Source of the DNA: an uncultured Methanomassiliicoccales archaeon
Lineage (GTDB): Archaea > Thermoplasmatota > Thermoplasmata > RBG-16-68-12 > EA-27
Length of the DNA: 64,000 nucleotides
Direction of reading: 5' to 3'
Assembly: GCA_964396265.1 (NCBI GenBank)
Contig: CAYNEM010000013.1
Span: 1,681 to 65,680, forward strand
Each line of letters starts with the position of its first letter. The stretch's first letter is position 1. The position numbers and the translations under genes are program-made. Positions 58,851-64,000 of this stretch are shown piece by piece. The notes beneath the pieces were generated by a model, which was not told where the DNA came from, did not search any database, and saw only the letters and a program-made list of their open reading frames with translations.

Positions 58851-59288
58851 CTATCGAACGACCTCGAAGCCCAGCGCTACGATCGCGCCGATGTCCTCGT
58901 CCAAGACCTGGAGAAACAGCAAGTAGCCGGCGCCGCAGAAGCATGCCTGACAGCGAATGCCGTTGTCCAGTGTCTCGCGGCGAGCGTCGATGATATGAAT
59001 CCCCAACCTGCCATAATAGTCGATGATGATCTCCCTTTGCGACGTCCACTCCCGGGGATAATCAATCGCACTCGCGTTGTTTGACCGAAGCCAGTCCTCC
59101 TCCCACGGATTGCCGTGGCACTGAATCGGCTCGATCGACACCCACGTTGCGCCGGCTTGGTCGGGCAACGGATGCCGCGGAACTGCGTTTCCGCTCCACA
59201 GTACGGTCGCCGCCGGAAGCACGATTCCGAGGATGACTCCGACCGTGAGGCTGATCTGGAGCCCCCAGCGGTGGTGGCGGATCTTCAC
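58851..59288 (-). CDS. Signal-anchored small Cys-containing protein (hypothetical)
   Basis: N-terminal anchor 'LQISLTVGVILGIVLPAATVLW'. GC is lower than the surroundings. No motif recognised. Confidence 0.45.
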   Translation of the reverse strand: MKIRHHRWGLQISLTVGVILGIVLPAATVLWSGNAVPRHPLPDQAGATWVSIEPIQCHGNPWEEDWLRSNNASAIDYPREWTSQREIIIDYYGRLGIHIIDARRETLDNGIRCQACFCGAGYLLFLQVLDEDIGAIVALGFEVVR

Positions 59289-59367
59289 AGGAACACCTCA
59301 GTCCCCGCTCTGGACTTAATCGTTGGGGGCTCTTGTCGCTGGCTGACGCGAGCGGCAGGCGGACAGT

Positions 59368-60063
59368 TCACGCGACGTCAAACACCCATTTGTCCCGCTC
59401 CCGCAAGACCTCCCGTAGACGCTCCGTCGCCTCCGACTCCTTCAGGCTCATGAAGAACCTCCCGATGTGCTTGCAAAATAGCTTCGCCCTCGCGCGGCTC
59501 TGCGTCCAGTCCGTGCAGTCGTGGTAGATCGACTTGTTCAGAAGGTCGAGGGAGACGACGTAATCCTTCACATCCGCGTTCACGATCGTGGAGCCTCGTT
59601 TCGTGAATCGGACCTGAACCTCCGCAATCTCTTTCGCGCGCGCGAATCGATCCGTCCCGAGGAACACCTTCAGCAGGTCGTCGAGGTCCATCGCCTCGAT
59701 CGGCTTCCCGAGCGCGACGTCCTGCTCGATGATGTCGGCCTCGCGCTCCTCGACGCCTCCCTTGATCTTGGCGGCGACGCCGAACTTCGCGAGCGCCGCG
59801 TTGATCTTGCGGTCGATGTACGCCTGCTCGGCCTCGTCGTACCTCCCGCGGTTCACCGGATCGTTGAAGTACCGCCGCGCCGCGCGAGCGTGAAACGGCG
59901 AATGCACGGGGTATTTCCAGTTCTTCGGGTCTCCGTATTTGTCTGGATCCTTCGGCCAGCCCTCGGGCGGGCTCGGACGGCCGTCGCGCTTGCGTGCGGG
60001 GACCTTCGCGCGGACCACGGAGGCGAAGTGGCGGCAGGTGCGATAAGAGTTCTCAAGAACCAC
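59368..60063 (-). CDS. Hypothetical protein with a C-terminal SWIM-like zinc-finger motif
   Basis: 'YHDCTDWTQSRARAKLFCKHIGRFF' resembles a SWIM finger (C.C...C.H). The N-terminus has 'NWKYPVHSPFHARAARRYF'. Confidence 0.5.
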   Translation of the reverse strand: MVLENSYRTCRHFASVVRAKVPARKRDGRPSPPEGWPKDPDKYGDPKNWKYPVHSPFHARAARRYFNDPVNRGRYDEAEQAYIDRKINAALAKFGVAAKIKGGVEEREADIIEQDVALGKPIEAMDLDDLLKVFLGTDRFARAKEIAEVQVRFTKRGSTIVNADVKDYVVSLDLLNKSIYHDCTDWTQSRARAKLFCKHIGRFFMSLKESEATERLREVLRERDKWVFDVA

Positions 60064-60187
60064 AAGGAGGCGCTGATGCCGGGTGATCGAGGACCACGGC
60101 GCGCCCTTCGCGGCCCGTTGGCCGCCGCGACAGGATCGCGGAAAGTATTATGACGGGGCAGGCGACTCCCGGCGCCGAGGGGTAGGT

Positions 60188-60787
60188 ATGGCCTTCTGTC
60201 CGTCGTGCGGCTCACAGGTCGCGGAAGGCGTGAAGTTCTGCGCCGCCTGCGGCAACCCGATGCCCGCGATTGCAGTCCCGACGGAGGCGCCTGCACCATC
60301 CCCCGAGGCGCAGCAGTACGCGCCCCCGGCATATCCACCGCAGCCCGCGTACCCGCAGCAGTACGCGCCACCACAGCAATACGCGCCGCCAGGATACCCG
60401 CAGTATCCGCAGTACCAGCAACCCTACGCGTACCCGATGGTCCAGCCGCCAGCGCAGAAGACCGGAATGCCCATGGCCGCCGGCGTACTCCTGATCATCG
60501 CAGGCGTCCTCGGCCTGATCGAATGGGCGTGGGTCTTCATGGCCGGGACCTTCGCCTCAATCATCCCCTTCGCCGGGCAGATCATCCTCATCTGCGGGAT
60601 CATCGGCATCACGTTCTCCGTCTTCGGGCTGATCGGAGGCGTCATGGCGGTCCAGCGCAAGATGTGGGGCCTCGCCCTGACCGGGAGCATCCTCGGATTG
60701 TTCATCCTCGGCCCCTTTGGCGTGTCGAGCATCCTCTCCCTCGTCGCGCTCATCCTTATCGCCATCTCCCACCGCGAATTCACTTGA
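60188..60787 (+). CDS. Zinc-ribbon / P-Q-Y-rich linker / 4-TM membrane protein
   Basis: ATG at 60188. 'FCPSCGSQVAEGVKFCAACG', then a 'PPQPAYPQQYAPPQQYAPPGYPQYPQYQQPY' linker, then four hydrophobic helices. Confidence 0.75.
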   Translation: MAFCPSCGSQVAEGVKFCAACGNPMPAIAVPTEAPAPSPEAQQYAPPAYPPQPAYPQQYAPPQQYAPPGYPQYPQYQQPYAYPMVQPPAQKTGMPMAAGVLLIIAGVLGLIEWAWVFMAGTFASIIPFAGQIILICGIIGITFSVFGLIGGVMAVQRKMWGLALTGSILGLFILGPFGVSSILSLVALILIAISHREFT

Positions 60788-60839
60788 CCGGGCCGTGCCT
60801 TTAAGTGCCTCCGGCGCCTCCCCAGGGCGGGGGACACCC

Positions 60840-61649
60840 ATGGCGAAACTCGAACGTCTGAGCGAAGTGAGCGTCTACACGCGGAACCTGAAGCTCGCGA
60901 AGGAATTCTACACACGAAAGATCGGACTGAAGGTCCGAGAAGAAGACCGCAAGATGGGCTACCTGAGCCTCGGCGCCACGAAGGGCGGCGAGGACGCGGG
61001 CTTCGACCTCTGGCAGCCCGACCCGAAGTGGGGGCAGGAGTTCTACGACGAGGGCACGAAGTCCATCGGCATCGTGACCGGCATCGGGTTCCAGACCTCG
61101 AACCTCGAGAAGACCGTGGAGCAGCTCGCCGGGCGGGGCGTGAAGGTCGAGAAGGACTCGGACACGTTCGCGCGCTTCTGGGACACGGACGGGAACGTCC
61201 TCTTCGTCCAGGAGGAGCTGCGGCCGAAGGTAAAGCGGGCGGGCCTGCAGGCCGTTTCGTTCGTGACCGTCTCCGTCCGCGACGAGAAGAAGGCGGGCGC
61301 GTTCTTCAAGACGCTGGGATTCAAGAGTCGCAAGGTCCCCGGGGAGTCCCGCGCGGAAGGTTCGTCGTTCACCATCTACCAGCTCGGCCCGAAGGGGACC
61401 GCGATCATGCCGTTCAAGCCGAACCGGGAGATGTACGACGACCCCTCCGAGTACGACTCGGACATGGCCCACATCGGCGAGGAGACGGGCATCGGCATCA
61501 CGGTGAACGAGATCTACAAGCTGCAGGACGCGCTCCTCGCGAAGGGCGTGCAGTTCAAGGCAAAGGCAGAAGAGCGCGAGTGGGGGAGCATCGCCGCCAG
61601 GATCTACGACCCCGACCGCAATTCGTACATGCTGTACCAGATGAAGTAA
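60840..61649 (+). CDS. Two-domain VOC/glyoxalase-family protein
   Basis: ATG at 60840. 'LSEVSVYTRNLKLAKEFYTRKIGLKV' and 'AVSFVTVSVRDEKKAGAFFKTLGFK' are two betaalphabetabetabeta VOC module starts. 'IYDPDRNSYMLYQ' is a typical C-terminus. Confidence 0.8.
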   Translation: MAKLERLSEVSVYTRNLKLAKEFYTRKIGLKVREEDRKMGYLSLGATKGGEDAGFDLWQPDPKWGQEFYDEGTKSIGIVTGIGFQTSNLEKTVEQLAGRGVKVEKDSDTFARFWDTDGNVLFVQEELRPKVKRAGLQAVSFVTVSVRDEKKAGAFFKTLGFKSRKVPGESRAEGSSFTIYQLGPKGTAIMPFKPNREMYDDPSEYDSDMAHIGEETGIGITVNEIYKLQDALLAKGVQFKAKAEEREWGSIAARIYDPDRNSYMLYQMK

Positions 61650-61659
61650 CCGTCATCGC

Positions 61660-62802
61660 CTACAACGCGAGCATCTCGCGGGCGATGACCATCCGCTGGA
61701 TCTCGCTCGTCCCCTCACCGATCTCGCACAGCTTGGCGTCGCGGAACATCCGCTCGACCGGGTAGTCTTTGATGTATCCGTAGCCTCCGTGGACCTGGAC
61801 GGCTTTCGTCGTCACCCACATCGCGGCCTCGCTCGAGAACAGCTTCGCCATGGAGGCCTCCGTCTTGAACGGCCTCCCCTGGTCGCGCAGCCACGCCGCG
61901 CGGTACACGAGCATCCGCGACGCCTCGATCTTCACCGCCATGTCCGCGAGGTGCCACTGCACCCCCTGGAACTGCGCGATCGCCTGCCCGAACTGCTCGC
62001 GCTGCTTCGCATAGGCGACCGCCTCTTCGAAGGCGCCCTGCGCGATGCCGAGTCCGAGAGCGCCGATGGCGATGCGCCCGCCGTCGAGCGTCTTCAACGC
62101 GTTCACGAACCCCTCGCCCTCCTTCCCGAGGAGGTTCTCCGCGGGGATGCGGCAGTCCTCGAGGAGGACCTGCGATGTCGCGGACGCTCGCATCCCGAGC
62201 TTGTCCTCCATCTTCCCGACGTGGAGCCCGGGCGTCCCCTTCTCCACGATGAACGCGCTCACGCCGCGGTTCCCCTTGGCGCCATCCGTCTTGGCGGTGA
62301 GGACGAAGGTCCCGGCGACCGGCGCGTTCGTGCAGAAGTTCTTCGAGCCGTTCAGGACATAGGCATCCCCGTCGCGCGTCGCGACAGTCTTCATGCCGGC
62401 GGCATCGGAGCCGACGGAGGGCTCCGTGAGGCCCCAAGCGCCGATCTTCTTCCCCGCCGCCAGATCCGGGACGTATCTGCGCTTCTGCTCCTCGTTCGCG
62501 GCGATGAGGATGTTCCCCGTGCACAGCCCGTTGTGCGCCGCCATGATCAGGGCGTGGCTCCCGTCCACGCGCGCGATCTCTTCGATCGCGACCGCGTACT
62601 CGAGCGTGCTCGCGCCTGCGCCGCCAAGGTCCGGGGGGACGAGCATCCCGAGGAGGCCGAGCTCTCCCATCGTCGCGACGGTCCGCGATGGGAACTCGCC
62701 GGACGCATCGAACTCCCGCGCGATCGGCTTGATCTCTTTCTCCGCGAATTCACGCGCGGTCTTGCGGACGAGGTCCATCTCGGGCGTCGGGCGGAATTCC
62801 AC
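61660..62802 (-). CDS. Acyl-CoA dehydrogenase
   Basis: '[14 protein letters not shown]', 'GSKNFCTNA' and '[40 protein letters not shown]' are ACAD signatures. Confidence 0.92.
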   Translation of the reverse strand: MEFRPTPEMDLVRKTAREFAEKEIKPIAREFDASGEFPSRTVATMGELGLLGMLVPPDLGGAGASTLEYAVAIEEIARVDGSHALIMAAHNGLCTGNILIAANEEQKRRYVPDLAAGKKIGAWGLTEPSVGSDAAGMKTVATRDGDAYVLNGSKNFCTNAPVAGTFVLTAKTDGAKGNRGVSAFIVEKGTPGLHVGKMEDKLGMRASATSQVLLEDCRIPAENLLGKEGEGFVNALKTLDGGRIAIGALGLGIAQGAFEEAVAYAKQREQFGQAIAQFQGVQWHLADMAVKIEASRMLVYRAAWLRDQGRPFKTEASMAKLFSSEAAMWVTTKAVQVHGGYGYIKDYPVERMFRDAKLCEIGEGTSEIQRMVIAREMLAL

Positions 62803-62826
62803 GGCCAGCGATGCCCCCGGCGGATA

Positions 62827-63399
62827 TTAGGGCTTTCGCGTCGCCGTCTCCCGCTTCCGCTTGCGATCGCCGAACGTCGTCAGCAGTGCGCGCAGCTCCG
62901 CGAGGAGGGCGAGGGTCACGTCCCTCTCGTTCTCGATGTACGCTAGGATCTCCTGAAACTTTCCCTGGCGGTAGAGCACGGGGACCTCGGCGCTCGCCCC
63001 CTTGTCCACGAAGTTCGCGATCCCGGAGCCGTCGAACCTCCCCGCGTTCATCAGCACGAGCACGGACCCGAGGTCGAGCATCGCCTTGTCGAACCAGAAC
63101 CGGCGCACCTCGGGCGGGGACCACTCCCTCACCTTGTGGTGCTGTCCCCGCTCCATGAGGAACGTGAGGTCGAACCGCAGGCGGTTCCCGACCGGCACGA
63201 AGTCCCAGGTGACGTCGAGCACCCCCTTGCTGAGGACCGAACGCAAGATCTCCCGTTCGCCCCAATCCCACTCCGTGAGAATCTGCAGGGATCCCATCGG
63301 CCGGAGGTCCTCGGACAGCTGCTGGAACTGCACGGTGATCACCCGGTCCGACTGCGGGTCCTCGCCCTCCGTCTCGATGTCGAAGTAGAAGAGGGGCAC
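62827..63399 (-). CDS. RNase H-like / DEDD-type exonuclease-fold protein (tentative)
   Basis: '[10 protein letters not shown]' (ExoI-like DxE) at the N-terminus. 190 aa with a basic tail. The remaining motifs are weak. Confidence 0.55.
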   Translation of the reverse strand: MPLFYFDIETEGEDPQSDRVITVQFQQLSEDLRPMGSLQILTEWDWGEREILRSVLSKGVLDVTWDFVPVGNRLRFDLTFLMERGQHHKVREWSPPEVRRFWFDKAMLDLGSVLVLMNAGRFDGSGIANFVDKGASAEVPVLYRQGKFQEILAYIENERDVTLALLAELRALLTTFGDRKRKRETATRKP

Positions 63400-63454
63400 C
63401 GGTCGAGAATGTCCCGTGGCGGCTATCTACGTTGCGGGCTCACACCTTTATCCC

Positions 63455-64000
63455 ATGCAGCCAATCCCGCCACGAGGGAGGTTCCTGAGCTCGCCGCCGA
63501 CGCCGCCACCGGCGTGGGGCCCGCCGCCCCCGATATGGGGCGCGCCGCCTTCTCGACGTCATGTCGACGAAGCCGCGCACCGGGGCCGCCTGCAGTCTTC
63601 CGCGAACCTTCTCGTCGTGGCGGCCGTGCTCCATGTCGCCGCCGGGGCCCTCTCCTTTCTGGTCCTCACCGCCACGATCCCGGACTCGTCGATCCCGGAA
63701 TTCCCGGACATCGTGTACGCGATCGCGGTCATCGGCCTCGTCGCGCAGATCACATTCGCCGCCATCGCGGGAGCCGGCTTCGCCTTCCTGCCGAGGGGCG
63801 GGACTAACGTCGTGTCGTTGGGCACGGCCCTTCTCGTCGTCGGCATCCTCGCGGCGATCTTCTCCATCGCGATCTCTGGCGGCTTCATCGGAGTAATCGC
63901 GGGTGCCCTGACCGCCTACGCCGGGAACAAAGTGCGCAAGCCGCCGACTCTCGCCTGGATCCCGCCGTCCAGCTGGATGCCGCCCCCGCAGCCTCCGGGG
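63455..64000 (+). CDS. Membrane protein, 3'-partial (runs off the window)
   Basis: ATG at 63455 opens a frame with no stop through 64000 (182 codons), so it is absent from the ORF track. Pro-rich N-terminus, then 4 hydrophobic helices ('LLVVAAVLHVAAGALSFLVL', 'IVYAIAVIGLVAQITFAAIAGAGFAF', and others). Confidence 0.5.
   Translation, partial: MQPIPPRGRFLSSPPTPPPAWGPPPPIWGAPPSRRHVDEAAHRGRLQSSANLLVVAAVLHVAAGALSFLVLTATIPDSSIPEFPDIVYAIAVIGLVAQITFAAIAGAGFAFLPRGGTNVVSLGTALLVVGILAAIFSIAISGGFIGVIAGALTAYAGNKVRKPPTLAWIPPSSWMPPPQPPG

Noticed and set aside
1-64000. Search for rRNA genes, CRISPR arrays, integrase or prophage modules and cas genes.
   Set aside because: None was recognised. The only mobile-element signature is the solo tnpB. 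The tRNA genes are not flanked by integrases or attachment-site-like direct repeats that I could see.

Overview
This window looks like a GC-rich chromosome segment (roughly two-thirds G+C by eye, not computed) from an archaeon, probably a euryarchaeon. The archaeal call rests on an intron-containing tRNA-Gln with a bulge-helix-bulge-like junction, PurP, archaeal-type DtdA, ArcS, TATA-box promoters 25-50 nt upstream of starts, and a PEF-CTERM sorting signal. I support about 60 coding genes, 2 tRNAs, one solo TnpB (IS200/IS605-type) element and one in-frame 48-bp tandem repeat. I found no rRNA and no CRISPR array. Many long ORFs in the six-frame track are antisense or out-of-frame shadows of real genes, which is typical of high-GC DNA, and I rejected them. 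Ordinary content: three toxin-antitoxin pairs (two VapBC, one truncated; one RelE-like), an ABC-F ATPase, MarR with a MacB-type ABC exporter, GlpD-like dehydrogenase, PurP, KptA-DtdA, Hsp20, a fumarase/aspartase-family lyase, UDG-NUDIX-PolX, an mtnP-mtaD-hpt salvage operon, ArcS, a VOC protein and an acyl-CoA dehydrogenase. The standout is a tightly packed 11.4-kb minus-strand operon (33605-45017). It links a giant PEF-CTERM surface protein to a Rab/Ras-like GTPase, an MglA-like GTPase, a Roadblock/MglB protein, six KaiC-like modules, a polytopic-membrane DUF835-like protein and a small membrane protein. Satellite KaiC/DUF835 genes flank it. Twice inside this operon, two KaiC-like modules sit in the same frame separated only by a TGA, and the downstream module has no canonical start codon before its own conserved N-terminal motifs. 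This points to read-through or recoding, or to very recent gene splitting. Other items worth a second look: a second giant surface protein with a cytoplasmic Roadblock-like tail, a low-GC DUF2075 nuclease-helicase island next to a truncated vapC, a wHTH-STAND-TPR ATPase, and a 13-bp palindrome shared by two promoters. All function calls come from motif recognition by eye, with no database search run.
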